From the human T2T-CHM13v2.0 reference genome, Homo sapiens, in NCBI RefSeq assembly GCF_009914755.1, contig NC_060926.1: a stretch of DNA of 64,000 nt. The stretch is one strand, 5' to 3'. The notes under the pieces were generated by a model that did not search any database, was not told the DNA's origin, and saw nothing but the letters and a program-made list of their open reading frames with translations. A program made the position numbers and the translations under genes. Below, in pieces: positions 44,381 through 59,450 of the stretch (the first letter of the stretch is position 1; each line of letters opens with the position of its first letter).

Positions 44381-47093
44381 TTAAAATATAATAAATTAAA
44401 AATAAAAACTATTTCTTTTTGAAGATCTGAAGTTACTGGGTTCTGCACTTAGAATCTGTTTTATGTTAAACAGGCTCGACGAAACATGATAGACGACTAA
44501 ATTAGGAAAAATAATACATGTTAGACAATCCATCTTAAATATCTCTTGCTATGTAGAAATGTAGCATATTTGCCGTGATTTTATGTATGGCAACTCCACA
44601 GAAAAGCACACATTTCCTTAGCATTTGATGTTCAAACCCAGAAGCAGTTGGAAAATCTGCCACAGATTTTATTTTTTAGATTTCCCATTTGAGTGCACCA
44701 CAATGGATAAAGGAGGAGCAAACAGTCTGACATGCTATTTATCCAGCTATAAAATTATCATAATTAGAGAAAGTGAGATATTTTGGTATTTAAAAGAGCT
44801 TATTAGTTCTTTGAATAATATTTATAAACAAATATTTGCATTTAAAATATATATAATTATATGAAGCATAATCGAAGAAACTAGTTTTAGGGTTGTAAAT
44901 TAATGGTTATTTATAGTTGCCATGAAATTGATAGGGATTTTAGATATTAAAAAAAGTGTCTGTTTATATATGAGTCATATTTACTCCCATGGGGGCATGA
45001 GAGGTATTTAAGGCTTCTCACAGATGTTCCAAGATCAATTTATGTAGTGCAAAGAACTAGCGACATATATATGAACATTATGGAAGGTGAATCGGATTTT
45101 TTAAGCCTTAAAAATGAATTCATGCACAACAGCAGCAAAGAGTCTAGGAGATATTCTATATTTGCATATGTCAGCCCAGCTGCAAATCTACAGAATTGAT
45201 GACTGTCTCTCATTGTTAGATTAGGAATGTTAATAAAGGATGCTGCCCATCCCAAATCAATAAAACTTTGGTATTAAAACAAACCACAAGTTCTGTAGAG
45301 GAAGAATTTCAGAATTATATGTAATGGAATCTTCACATCTAATTTTGTTTATGTTAAGAGTTTAGTTTTTAGAGTAGTTTTAGGGTTAAAAGAATTGAGT
45401 AGAAAGTACAGAGAATTCCCATATACCTCCCTCTACCATGCACACAGTTCGCCTCTTATTCACATCTTACCTTAGTGCGGTACATTTGTCACAGCTCCTG
45501 AGCCAATATTGATACATTATTATTAACTGCAGTACATAGTTTATATTAGGGTTCACTCTATGTGTTATGTCCTACTCTGGGTTTTCACAAATGCATCATG
45601 TTATGCGCCTATCATTAATGCCATACAGAATAGTTTCACGGTCCTAAAATTCCCCTGTACTCCACCTATTCATTCTTTCCCCCTTCTGTCTATCCCTCCC
45701 TCATACTCCTTGCAACCACTGATCTTTTTATTGTCACTACTTTTTGCCTTTTTCAGAAGGTCATATAGTTGGAATTATACAGACTGGCTTCTTTAGTTTA
45801 GCGACGTGCACTTGAGGTTTCTCTGCGTCTTTCTGTGGCTTGATATTCCATCTATTTTTATTACTCAGTGATGTCCCATTGTCTGGATGTACCGCAGTTT
45901 ATTTACCCATTCACCTATCGAAGGACATAATGGTTGCTTCCTATTTTTGGCATTTCTGAATAATGCTGCTATAAACATTCATGTGTAGGATTGTGTGTGG
46001 ACATAAATTTTCAATTCATTTGGATAAATATCAAGGGTTGTGATTGCTGGGTGGTAGGGTAAGACTATATTTAGCTTTATAAAAAAACTGCTAAACTCTC
46101 TTCCACAATGACTGCAGCACTGTGCATTCCCGTCAGCAATGAATGAGAGCTCCCATTGCTCTACCTTCTTGCCAGCATTTGGTATTGCGCCTGCTTTAGA
46201 TTTCAGCTTTATAATGGATGTGTAGTGATATCTCATCGTTGTTTCAATTCGCAATTCCCTAATGAGGATTGAGGACCCTTTCATATACTTATTTGCCATC
46301 TACATGTCCTTGATGAGATGTCTGTCCAGATCTTTCCCCTACCTCTAAACTGGATTTTTTGTTTTCTTATTGTTGAGCTTTGTGAGTTTATTGTATATTT
46401 TTCAAATAAGTTCTTTGTCAGATATGTCTTTTGCAAATATGTTCTCCCAGTCTGTGATTCATCTTTTTATTTCCTTTTGAGTAGCTTTTGAAGAGCAACT
46501 AAAAAGTCATCAGCAAACCCCCGGTAATCAAAATTATCCTCTATGTTATCTTCTAGAAGTTGTATAATTTTGCATTTGATATTTAAGTCTATGATCCATT
46601 CTGAATTAATTATTGTGAAAGATATAAAGTTTCTCTGTAGCCTGAATTTTTGGCATTTTTCTTGAAGACAGACTATCAATGCTTTAATTTTTTTCATTGT
46701 ATTAGCAACTATCCTGGGTCTTTTGCCTTTTCATATACAGTTTACAATCAGTTGGATTATGTTGAATCAATACATCAAATTAAGAAGAACTGACAACTTA
46801 ACAATATTTGTCCTCTTATCCAAGAATATGGAATATCTCTCCATGTATTTAGATCTTTAATTTCTTTCATCAGTTTTGTATTTTCCTCATAAAAACTTAT
46901 ACATACTTTATTAGATTTATACCTAAGTATTTCCATCTTTTTGGTGCTATTGCAAATGGTATGTCTTAAATTTCAAATTCCAATGGTTCATTGTTGTTAT
47001 GAAATGAACAGGAAAGCAATTGACTTGTACATATTAGGCTTGTATGCTTGTATCCTGACACATTGTATTTTCCCCGTTGATATTTATATTAAT

Positions 47094-47337
47094 TTATTTT
47101 ATGTTATTTTATTTTTTGGATACAGAGTCTCACTCTGTTGCCCAGGCTGGAGTGCAGTGGCACAATCTTGGCTGTCTACAAACTTCGTTTCCCAGGTTCA
47201 AGCAATTCTCCTGCCTCAGCCTCCAGAGTACCTGGGATCACAAGTGCATACCACCACGCCTGGCTAATTTTTGTATTATTAGTAGAGACGGGATTTCACT
47301 ATGTTGGCCAGGCTGGTCTCGAACTCCTGACCTCAGT
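47094..47337 (-). mobile_element. 5'-truncated AluS
   Basis: TSD tattta(t/c)attaat at 47081-47093 and 47338-47350. Confidence 0.92.
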
Positions 47338-49285
47338 TATTTACATTAATATTATCTGTGAACAAAGAGTTTTATTTCTTCCTTCCCAATCTGCACTTCT
47401 GTTATTTTCTTTCCTTGTCTTATTGCATTAGCTAAGACTTCCAGTACAATGTTGAACAAGAGTAGTGAGAACACACTTGGCTTGTTTCCAATCTTAAGAG
47501 GAAAGCATCTAATTCTTACTATCAAATCTGATGTTAGCTATAGATTTTTTCTTTCTACTCTTTAGGAAGTTGAGGAAGAACCAGCTCTTGATTTCATTGA
47601 TTTTTCTATGCTGATTTTCTGTTTTCAATTTTATTGATTACTACTCTAATTTTTATTATTTATTTTCTTCTGCTTATGTTAGATTTAATTGGCTCTTCTT
47701 TTTTAATTTTCAAAGGTGGAATCTGGCATTATTGATTTTAGAACTTTCTTCTTTTCTAATGTATGTAGTTGATGCTATAAACTTCCTGTTAAGTACTGCT
47801 TTTGATGCATCCCACACATTTTGGTAAGTTGTATTTTCAGTCTAATTTAATCCAAATTGTTTTTAAGTTTATCTTGAAAATTATTCTTTTACCTATGTGT
47901 TATTTAGAAGTATGTTGTATACCCTCCAAATATTTTGGAATTTTGCCACTATCTTTATCTTGTTGTTTTGAGTTTAATTCCACTGCGGTCTGAGAACATA
48001 TGGTGGATAATTTCTATTATTTAAATGATTTAAAGTTTGTTTTATAGCCAGACTGTGGTCTATCATGGTGAATGTTCCATGTGAGCTTGAGAAGAATGTT
48101 TCTTCTACTGTTGTTGGATGAACAACACTACAGATGTTAGATAGTGTTGATTGATGGTGCTGTTCAGTTTAACTATCTCTTACTGATTTTCTTGATCTGT
48201 CAATTATAGATAAAGGAGTGTTGAAGTCTCCAGCTATAATAGTGCATTTGTCTATTTCTCCTTGCAATTCTATCAGTTTTTGCCTCATGTATTTTGATGC
48301 TCTGTTGTTACCTTCACACACGTTAAAAATTGTTATGTCTTCTTGGAGTTTGGAACACTATCTCATTATGTAATACCCCCTCTATCCCAGATAATCTTAC
48401 TTGTTCTAAAGTTTGCTTTATTTGCAATTAATATAGCCATTCCATTTTCTTTTGCTGTTGCTAGCATGATACATCTTTCTCCATTCTTTATCTTTAATCT
48501 GTTTTTTTTATTTATAAAGTGGGTTTTCTATAGGCAGCATATCATTGGATCTTACTTTTATCATTTGTTTTCATTTGGATTCACTATGACAATCTCTGTA
48601 TTTTAATTGGTGTATTTAGACCATTCCCATTTAAACTGATTATTGATGTAGTTGAATTAATGTCTACCATATTTGTAAGTGCTTTACATTCGTTGATCTT
48701 TGTTTCTTCTTTTATTTATTTATTTATTTATTTGTTATCCTCTCATTTTTTTTTGCCTTTCTGGTTTTAATTGAGTATTTTATATGATTTTATTTTCTCT
48801 CCTCCTTTAGCATATAAATTATGCTTACTGAAAATAATTTTAGTGGTATCCAAAGAGTCTGTAGAAAGCACTTACTTACTACTAATGTATATTCATTTTT
48901 GAATAACACTATTATGCTTCATGAGTAGTGAAGGTACTTTATAAACAAGTATTACCAATGCTTCCCACCCATTTCTTGTAACATTCATGTCATGCATTTT
49001 ATTTTTCATAAGCTATAATAATCCAATACATAGTTTTTATTTTTGGAATATGCTGTTACCCTTTAGATAATTAAGAATAGGAAAATTAAAAATTAAAAGA
49101 TTTTATTTTACTTTCATTTATTTGGTCTCTAACACTTTTCTTTTTGTAGGTCTGAGTTTCTGACCTATATCATTTTCATTTTTTATTTTTTGGAGGACTC
49201 TTGTAATATTTATTGCAAGTTAGGTCTACTGCTGGCAAATGCCAACAATTCTTGTTTATCTGAAAAATCTTTATATCCCCTTCAT

Positions 49286-49437
49286 CTTATTTTTAGGGAT
49301 GAGGTCTTGCTCTGTGGCCCAGGCTGGAGGGCAGTGGCATGATCATAGCTCACTGCTTGAACTCCTGAGCTCAAGCAATCCTCCCAACTCAGCCTCCTGA
49401 GGACATGGAATTACAGGCATGTGCCATCACACCTGCT
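49286..49437 (-). mobile_element. Alu right monomer (FRAM/AluJ-like)
   Basis: gatcatagctcactgc...gagctcaagcaatcctccc J-type diagnostics; single arm only. Confidence 0.85.
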
Positions 49438-49801
49438 CCACTTCACATTTGAAGAATAGTTTTTCTGAATAGAGAATTCTGACTTGGTGACTTTTTCCTT
49501 TAAAAAAAAATATGTTTAGGGGTACATGTGCAAGTTTGCTATATAGGTAAACTGTGTGTCCTGGGGGTTTAATGTACAAATTATTTCATCACTCAAGTAA
49601 TAAACATAGTACCTGATAGGTAGTTTTTCAATCCTTAGCCTCTTCCCACTCTCCATGCTCAGGTAATCCTTGGTGTCTGTAGTTCCTTTCTTTGTGACCA
49701 TATGCACTCAAAGCTTAGCTTCCACTTATAAGTGAGAACATGTGGTATGTGGTTTTCTGGTCCTGCTTAAGATAAGGCTTCCAGCTTCATTGATGTTGTT
49801 G

Positions 49802-49916
49802 CTGAGAAATCACTATATCCCCTTCATAATTTTTAAAGATGAGGTATTGTTCTGTGACCCAGGCTGGAGGGCAGTGGCATGATCAGAGCTCCCTACAGCC
49901 TCAGACTTGAGCTCAA
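49802..49916 (+). repeat. Diverged direct duplicate of 49260-49374
   Basis: Copies the L1MC-flank/Alu-tail junction, including a 28-bp identical run. Confidence 0.8.
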
Positions 49917-50227
49917 CAAAGGACATGATCTCATTCTCATTCTTTTTTATGGCAGCAAAGTATTCTATGGTATATATGTACCACATTTTCTTTATCCAGT
50001 CTACCATTAATGGGCATTTAGGTTGGTTCCATGTCTTTGCTGTCATGAACAATGCTGTGATGAACATATGCATGCATGTGTCTATGGTGAAAGAATTTAT
50101 ATTGGGTATATACCCAATAATAGGATTGCTGGGTCAAATGGTAATTCTTTATTAAGTTCTTTAAGAAATTGCCAGCCTGCTTTCCACAATGGCTGAACTA
50201 GGTCATATTCCCACCAGCAGTGCATAA

Positions 50228-50580
<353 letters not shown>

Positions 50581-51410
50581 AGCATCTGTTATTTATTTAA
50601 CTTTTAATAATAGTCATTCTGACTAGTGTGAGATAGTATGTCATTGTGATTTTGATTTGCATTTTTCTAATGATTAGTGATGTTGAGCATTTTTTCATAT
50701 GCTTGTTGGCAGTGTGTATGTTTTCTTTTGAAAAGTGTCTGTTAAATGTCCCTTGCCCACTTTTTAATGGGGTTGTTTGTTTTTTTGCTGGTTAAATTAT
50801 TGAAGTTCTTTATATGCTGGATATTAGACCTTTGTCAGATGCAGTTTGCAAATACTTTCTCCCATTGTCTAGGTTGTCTGTTTACTCTACTGAGAGACTC
50901 TTTGGCTGTGCAGAATCTCTTTGGTTTAATTAGGTCCCATTTGTCAGTTTTTGTTTTTGTTGCAATTGCTTTTGGTGTCTTTTTCATAAAAATCTTTGCC
51001 AGGTCCTGTAACAAGAATGATATTACCTAGGTTGTCTTCTGGGTTTTTTGTAGCTTTTGATTTTAGATTTAAGTTTTTAATCCATCTTGAGTTGATTTTT
51101 GCATATAGTATAAGGAGTGGGTCCAGTTTAAACCTTCTGCATATGGCTAGACAGTTGTCCCAGCACCATTTATTGAATAGGGAGTCTTTCCCCATTGGTT
51201 TTTTTTTTTTTTTTTGTGGATTTTTTCGAAAACCAGATGGTTGCAGTTGTACAGCCTTATCTCTGGGTTCTCTATTCTGTTCCATTGGTCTATGTGTCTA
51301 TTTTTGTAACATTACCATGCTGTTTTGTTTACTGTTGCCCTGTAGTATAGTATAGTGAGCTTCTGTTAATGAGCTGTGATGTTAACAAGTAATTCTCAGT
51401 TTTTCCTTTC

Positions 51411-51756
51411 TGCTATGGACTCAACTGTCTTCTATTAAAATTCATATGGTGAAGCCCTAATCCCAAAGTGATGGTATTTGGAGATGGGAGCTTTGAGAGG
51501 TAATTAGGCTGATATGAGGTCATGAGGGTGAGGCCCTCATAATGGGATTTGTGCCCTTATAAGAAAAGACACTGCAGAGTTGGCTATGGCTATAGGAGAA
51601 CATAGTAAAGAGGTAGCTGTCTGCAAGTTGTGAAGTGTGCCCTCACCTTGCCTGCACCCTGATATTGGATTTCCAGTTTCCTGAGAGGAAATGAATTTCT
51701 GTTGCTTAAGCCACCCAGTCTATGGTATTTTATGAGAGTGCAAACTGCCTAACACA
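51411..51756 (+). mobile_element. MLT1A0-like solo LTR
   Basis: tgctatggac...aaattcatatggtgaagccctaatccc...aagccacccagtctatggtatttt...aacaca. Confidence 0.88.
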
Positions 51757-53819
51757 TCTTCCTTGGCTCAGTCAGGAAGGCTGGAGAGGATTGGAATGGA
51801 ATATTTTATTTCCTTTTCCCCAGGTTAATTAGGCTCTGGTAAAGCCCATGTTTGTTAGGTTCAAATAGAATAGTTTCCTTTGAGGGCAAGCCTTTGTTAA
51901 GGAGAACAAAAAAACTCCAAGTACGTTAGAAAATAGTTACCTTTCTCCTTTCCCTGCCTGAAGCAAGAGGGGATTTTTTTTTTCTCTGATCTTCACATTT
52001 AAAAATGCTTGGAGCTCCTAGAGGTAAGTGAGAAAGTGGGGACCCCTCATAAGGCTGGCTCTCCAGGCACTTTTATCTTTCAATCTAGTCTACATTCAAG
52101 CTCAGTTAAGGAAATTAGTCAATTCCCTTTAAATGTTCCTACAAGTTGCTGGCTCCAGCATTTGTTCTGGCCCTGGTAAAATGTCTTTCTCTGTATTTTC
52201 TCTCTCTCTCTCTCTGTCTCTCTCTCTCTCTCCAGTCTTCAGGGGTGTAGTTCGCCCTGCAAATTCTATTTTTTGATAGATCTAAGATCTCAGGTCAGTT
52301 TGTTCTGTTTTTCTAGTTGTGATTCTAGGAGTGATAACTTTCAATTTTTTTACTTCTAGGACTGCAAACAAGAAGTCCCTCTACATCTAATTTTTAATAT
52401 TTGTATATGGATGGAACATCTTATTGGAAATCCAAGAATTCATCCCTGAAAATATATTACTTTATATGTCTTTCTATGATGTATTGATTTATATGAAAAT
52501 ATTGAGGAAACTAAATAGGTCAGTTTGGACAATCACTACAGTATACACATAAAGGAGCCAAGAAAACACTAGCCTTGATTCTGAACTTGATTGAGTTTGC
52601 TCACAAGAGGAGAGTTTCAACATAAAAATATATCTCCTCCAAGTCACTTTGAGTATTGCCTGAAGCAAAGAAGAAATTGAAGAAAAGCCAGGAGTTCAGG
52701 ACACTGACAACTTTGCCACAATGATATTTTTCTTTCTTCTATCTAATGAGCATCAAAAGGGAAGATGTTGCTCAGCTACCATAGAGGTATGTGAAAAATT
52801 TTCCTCAACAGCCAGTTCTGCTGCTTCAGAGAATCTGGGAGAAAAGGAAGCAGAATTCTACATGGCAAGTAAGGCTATTAGTGTAACCACTCAAATATAA
52901 AGGGAGACATGAATCCAGTCTAACATGAAACAACATTTTGGATAAACTTTTAAACCACTTATGATGTGAACTTTAAAACTGGAGAATATATAATGATTCA
53001 CATCATCTGTAAGACAAATATTTGTGTGATCCACCTAACGCTGTTTAGTAGGTGCCAAATAATTGTACTTTTTCTCACTTTGTCCTCTTGTATGAAGAAA
53101 TAGTAGAACTGATAGCAGTAAATAAGAATGACATAGTGTATCTACAACTGGGTACATATGTTGCTAAAAACTGTAAGTGTCTAACACATAAAATGTATGA
53201 AACTGAAACCAAGGTCTACTTTTTTGTACAATTAATAAAAATAATCTGGATAAAAATAAACCCCAATATGGAGAAAAATGAGTTTAACATAATATCTAGA
53301 CAGCTGGCTAAGTGAATGCAGCTGAAAAAATGCATAATTACATCTCTGTTATGTTTTTATAAAACACAAGTCACAAGTCAAATGTAAGCATTTGTTTTTA
53401 TTTTGCCAAATGATCATGTCCAGTACACTATATAAAGCCAAGCTAAATAAGACTAATGCACAATCCTAATTCACTGTGATTGGAACTTCCTGCTGGCATT
53501 TATGTATTGGTTTAAATGCATTAGAAAGCAAGACATCTATTATATTTAGTAGATGATTGAATGAATCCTATTTGTAAATGCTAATAATCAATGTGAGTTT
53601 AATGAAAATCATATCATGAAAATGAGGGTATATACTCAAACCTAAAGTTCACATTCTGTTCTTCACCTGAATTAGAATGGCCATAGTCTCAAAACTTTGC
53701 TCTTGTAACTAAATGAATAAAAAACAATAAAAGGTTTAATAATAATCTATATTTATTGAATTTGCAATTGAAATATTTTTAAGAGCAAGTGTGTGGGATG
53801 ATATGAGAGAATAACTAAA

Positions 53820-54030
53820 CAGCAGTGTGAGGTGATGTAAAGAGCCTCAGAGTGATCTGGATTCTTTCTATTCTCATTTCTGCATTAATTCACTGGGTTA
53901 ATGGCTGGTGACTTTGCACCAGCCATTTTTATTTTTCTGTATAAATTTATGTTTTCTTGTCTTTAAAGTGAATTAATTAAACCAAAATCTTTAAGTTTTG
54001 ACTGATTGAAAAATTATCTGAGTCTATGAG
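53820..54030 (+). mobile_element. MIR remnant
   Basis: Degenerate MIR 5' and core pattern, ending tctgagtctatga. Confidence 0.45.
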
Positions 54031-54456
54031 ATTGCTAACAAATCCAGCGGGACTCCCATTTCCATAAACTATTCATTATAATTGCTATTAAAATGGTCAC
54101 TCTCTGATACTGGGGCTCTTGTGACAATTATGTAGGATCCTGCACCTGTCACAGAGCAAGGGACTAGTAGAACATTAGTATCCTCAGGTTCACTTCCTAC
54201 CATTGGTCCATGTTCAGATTTGAGTTGTAATTTCCATATGTTCTATGCATGGAACTCTATGATTCCTTATTTCAACTTTCTCAAAACTCAAGGAGTTCAT
54301 TTTATTCTTATATACATTTTGTAAATATCTGCCTTTATTATTCACCTAACAGTCATCTTTCTTCTATACGACCTGACTCTGACTCTATCTACTCCTAAGT
54401 GGATTCTACTTGGTAATGAGAGTGGTGTCACACTGCTTGCCTTTTTGATAAAAATA

Positions 54457-56812
54457 ATGGCATACTTCATTTTACTGTGCTTGATTTTATCATGCTTTGC
54501 AGATATTGTGTTTTTTACACATTAAAGTTTTGTGGCAACCCTGCCTCCAAAAAATCTGTAGGTGCCATTTTCCCAACAACATGTGCTCACTTGGAGTTTT
54601 CGTGTCACGTTTGCAATTCTTAGAATATTTCAAACTTTTTCATTATTGTTATATCTGTTATGGTGATCTGTGATCAGTGATCTCTGGTGTTACTGTTGTA
54701 ATTGCTTCAGGGCACCAGATGCAGCACCCATAGAAGACGACAAACTTAATTGATCAATGTTGTGTGTGTTCTGCCTGCTACACCGACAGATCATTCTGAG
54801 ACATAAGGATATTGAAATTAGGCAAATTAATAATCCTGTGATGGCTTCTAAGTTTTCAAGTAAAAAGAAGAGCTCCACATTTCTTACTTTAAATCAAAAG
54901 CTAGGAATGATTAAGTTTAGTGAGGAAGGCATGTCAAAAACCAAGATAGGCCAAAAGCTAGACCTCTTGCACTATTAAACCAAGTTGTTAATGTCAAAAA
55001 AATGTTCTTGAAGGAAATTAAAAGTGCTATTCCAGTGAACACATGAATGGGAAGAAAGTGAAACAACCTTATTGGTTATATGGATAATGTTTTAATGGTC
55101 TTAATAGAAGATCAAACCAGCTACAAAATTCCCTTAAGACAAAGCCTAATCCAGAGAAAGACTCTAACTCTCTTTAATTCTGTGAAGTCTGAGAGAGGCA
55201 AGGAAGCTGCAGAAGAAAAGTTTTAAGGTAACAGAAGTCAGTTAATGATGTTTAAGGAAAAATGACATCTCCATAACATAACAGTGCAAAGCAAAACAGC
55301 AAGTGCTAATATAGAAGCGGCAGCAAGTTATCCAGAAGGTCTAGATAAGATAACTGATGAAGGTGGCTATGCTAAACAACATATTTTCAATGTAGATGAA
55401 ACAATCTTTTATTGGAAGAAGATGCTATCTAGGGCTTTCATAAATAGAGAGCTTGGCTTCAAGTCTTCAAAGAACTGGCTTACTCTCTTATTAGGAGCTA
55501 ATGCAGCTAGTGACTTTAGGTTGAAGGCAATCTCATTAACCATTCCAAAAATCTTAGGGCCTTTAAGAATTATGCTCAATCTACTCTGTCTGTGCTCTAT
55601 AAATGGGGAAACAAAGCCTGAACATCGTGACAGCACATCTGTGTACAGCATGGGTCACTGAATATTTTAAGCCCACTCTTGAGATCTACTGCTCAGGAAA
55701 AAAAGATTCTTTTAAAATATTAAAGCTCATTGACAATGCACCTGGTCCTCCAAGAGCTGTGATGCAGATATACAAGGGGATTTATATTGTTTTCATGCCT
55801 GCTAACACAATATCCATCTTTCAACTCATGAATCAAGGAATACTTCCATGTCTTATTATTTAAGAAATGTATTTCATAAGACTATAACTGCCATAGAGAG
55901 TGATTCCTCTGATGGATCTGGTCAAAGTAAATTGAAAACCTTCTGGAAAGGAGTCACAATTCTAAATGTCATTCAGAACATTTGTGATTCATGGGAGGAA
56001 GTGAAAATATCAACATTAATGGGAGTTTGAAAGAAGTTTATTCCAATCCTCATGGATGACTTTGAGGATTTCAAGAGATCAGTGGAGAAAAGTAACTGCA
56101 GTTGTGGTAGAAATAGCAAGTGAACTAAAATTAGAGGTGGAGCCTGAAGAGAGGACTGAATTGCTGCAATCTCATGATCAAACTTGGTGAATGAGGAGTT
56201 GCTTCTCATGGATGAACAACAAACATGGTTTCTTGAGATGGAATCTGTTTCTTATGAAGGTGCTGTGAACACTGTTGAAATGACAACATAGGATTTAGGA
56301 TATTTCATTAATTGAGTTGCTACAACCTTGGCAAGATTTGAGAGGATTGAATCCAACTCTGAAAGAAGTTCTAATGTGGGAAAAATGCTATCAAGTGGCT
56401 TCACATGCTACAGAGAAATATTTCATGAAAGGAAGAGTCAATCAATGAGGCAAACTTCATTGTTACCTTATTTGAGAAATTGCCACAGCCACCCCAGGCT
56501 TTAGCAACCACAACCCTGATCAGTCAGCAGTCATCAGCATGGAGGTAAGCCCCTCCACCAGCAAAAAGATTATGACTCCCTGAAGGCTCAGATGATCTTT
56601 GGCAATTTTTAGCAATAATGTATGTTAATTATGATATATACACGTATTTTTTAGACAATGCTATAGCACATTTAATAAACTATAATATAGTATGAACATA
56701 ACTTTTATATGAACTAGAAAGCAAAAAAAATGCACCTGACTAACTTTGTCACCACATTCACTTTCTTCTGGTGGCTTGGAACTGAACATGCAATATCTCC
56801 AAAGTATGCCTG
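54457..56812 (+). mobile_element. Near full-length Tigger1 DNA transposon, transposase inactivated
   Basis: TIR remnants ggcatac / gtatgcctg flanked by TA. Peptides MASKFSSKKKS, IFNVDET.FYWKKM and LIDNAPGPP (pogo-like DDE), broken by stops and frameshifts. Confidence 0.95.
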
Positions 56813-57969
56813 TAGATTGCTTCATCTAAAATATATTTACTATACACCTACAATAGACTAAGTCCTTTCAAGTTGAGTATGACCTAACAAAAATTACATG
56901 ACTCAAAAGCAATTTCACCAGGCTTTTCTATCTAGTGTTTTCTATCTAGTGTTAGTCAATATTTTTCTTTTTCTGGTATGTGTGAATTGCAATATAATCT
57001 TAAGGACCTGTTGCTGGACACAAAGCAAGATCTCATTAATGTATTCATTGTAAGTTAACAATAAGTTTTCTGAGAAAGTATACATTTTTACTAGATATTT
57101 TTCTACCAATGTGCCCAAGAAATATTGAATATTCAATGAAGTATGCAGCAGCTCACAGGAAACCCATAGTAATTATCACCTTAATATAAAATAAAGATGG
57201 ATTTTAAAAATTTTCTTTTCTCTCCAGAGATACATTGCTTCAGTGGAGGAGTTGATGTTCACAACTGAGGGGTTCATCTTTTTGGATGTAGGCTCTATTC
57301 TCTCAAACTAGCAATTATGTCTTAATATATTTTACAGATAGTGTTCAATATCCATTTACCATATCCTTAGCTACATATGTGATCTATGAGAAAACACATA
57401 TAAGCATTAGAATACATACAAAGTTAAATGAAACCTACTGAGAAATAAATCTAATATGAGTATGAGCAGAATTAAAGAATGAAGAAATACTGGAATATTC
57501 CAATTCGTGTTGCTTTTCTGAGCTGAGGCCGTTTTGGCATTGGACTACACTAAAAAAAAGAAAAAAAAAAAGACTAGCTTGGCTTGCAAAAGTCTTAGGA
57601 GATTTTACTGTGTTGGAAGCAGCCTGAAAACAAGAATATAAATATCTGTTGCATAACCTTCAAAATGAACAATGTTTATAAGGCTTACATATAAGAAATT
57701 GCTTTCTTGTTTACCACTGATACTTGCTCTGGGCCCAAAGTTATTTACCCTTGGAAGAGCATTGCTCAGGAGCTCTCGGAACATTATGGCTGCTCAAATT
57801 TTGGTCCTTCTCCCATGATCAGCATTGATAGATTTTACTTATTATTTTTATTTACATTTCAAATAGAAGATATTGAAAGAAAATAGGCTGAGATAAAAGC
57901 TGCACGCCATCACTGAGTGGTTCATTTAATATAAAAGCCAAGGCAAGATGAAAGTAAAGACACACATTC

Positions 57970-58090
57970 TGTGTGTGTGTGTGTATGTATGTGTATAAAA
58001 TATGTATATATGGGACAAATACATATTATATATATATATTTATGTGTGTGTATATATATAACATACGTATAAAACACATATATTTATTTA
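57970..58090. repeat. (TG)n/(TA)n low-complexity microsatellite
   Basis: Directly visible dinucleotide runs. Confidence 0.9.
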
Positions 58091-59235
58091 TTTGTCCTGG
58101 TTAAGAAATAACAACTAAAGCTTCATTTCTGTCATTTATGAGCCAGTTCAAAGTTCCTACCCTCCTCCAGTTCCGAGTGAAGTCATTCTCAGTGGTCTTG
58201 ACTAAACTCTCACTCTATCCCTTGTCTTTTTCCATCAGCAGCTCTGAGGTTCGGAATAGGGTGTAAGAAGACTAAGAAAAGGAAAATGTAAGTAAACAGA
58301 GGAAAACAAATGCAGAAAAACTGGGAATAGAAAATGTTGAGGAAGCAGCAAAATTTTGTTCAGAAATAGAGTAGATACTTGAAAAAGCTAAAAGATCTTT
58401 CTTTCAACATTCACTTCCTTTCCATTTGTATGTTTTATTTTGCTAGTATTTTTAATGGACATATTCGTATTTTTTAAAAGGAGTAAAAGAAAATTTCACG
58501 AGGCTATAGAAGTAACTATGAAAAACCATACTGTAAAACTTTCATATTATACTCATTGATACACTTATTCGACTCTTTTACATATGAATGTAAGTCAGTG
58601 CAGCGGACAATATAAATTGTACCTGGTCATTTAATGTGTTAAAAGACCCATTTTAAATAGAATATCTTTGATTACCCAGTGATTGAAAACAAAAGATTAA
58701 AGGAAAAACTATTTGTGGCCTCAGAATTTTCAAAGAATCGTGTCACATGTTTTCATAAAACGTATTAATTTAGGAAAATTACAAATCATTTCTGAAAGGC
58801 CACTCCATCAAAATACAGAGAGGCATGTGCCACAGAAGACAGAAAGATCAAGCTGCATACAATATAGCTCGAAAAAGTCCAATGATCTTATTAATAACGA
58901 AAAGATGCAAAGTTGTGATTACATGAAAATTTTTCTAACCTGAAATGCTGAAATTAATTTACGACAAGTTTCGTTCTTAGAACTTCAAAGAACACTTTAA
59001 AGCTCGGTTTTATTTTTTTTCTCCTCAGGCTGAAAGTATGAAGTCAGGTCTGAATCTTGGCAACAGAGCAATACGCTTGTTAGATTTCATGTGAAATTAG
59101 GTTTCTGACAACTTTAAATGTTTTTTTCTAAAGTTTTTTAAAAAACAAGCTTCCTTTAATTGCCACATATTTTTTATGAAATAGAATTGTATAATACATC
59201 AATTCATCTTGTTCTCAATGAAAATTTATTGTACC

Positions 59236-59450
59236 TAATGATAATCATAATAGTTTACACTTATTGAGTGCTTTTCTGTGTCAGGCACTGTTATAAGAGT
59301 GTGGAATGTTTAGTTCACTTAATATCACAGCAACCCTATATTATAGGCCCCTGCTGTTAAACCTATTTTGCAGATAAAAATACTGAGGCTCAGAAAAGAT
59401 CATGTAAGGGGGCGTAGAACTAAAGGAAGATATTTTTCTGGACGCCAAAG
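59236..59450 (-). mobile_element. MIR
   Basis: cacttattgagtgcttttctgtgtcaggcactg...cctattttgcagataaaaatactgaggctcaga. Confidence 0.8.

Noticed and set aside
54757-56030. Transposase ORFs as a domesticated TIGD-type gene
   Set aside because: Split over several frames with stops, inside an ordinary Tigger1 copy.
56924-56953. 14-bp tandem duplication (ttttctatctagtg x2) and the imperfect attggatg triplet at 42767-42814
   Set aside because: Ordinary slippage duplications with no further structure.
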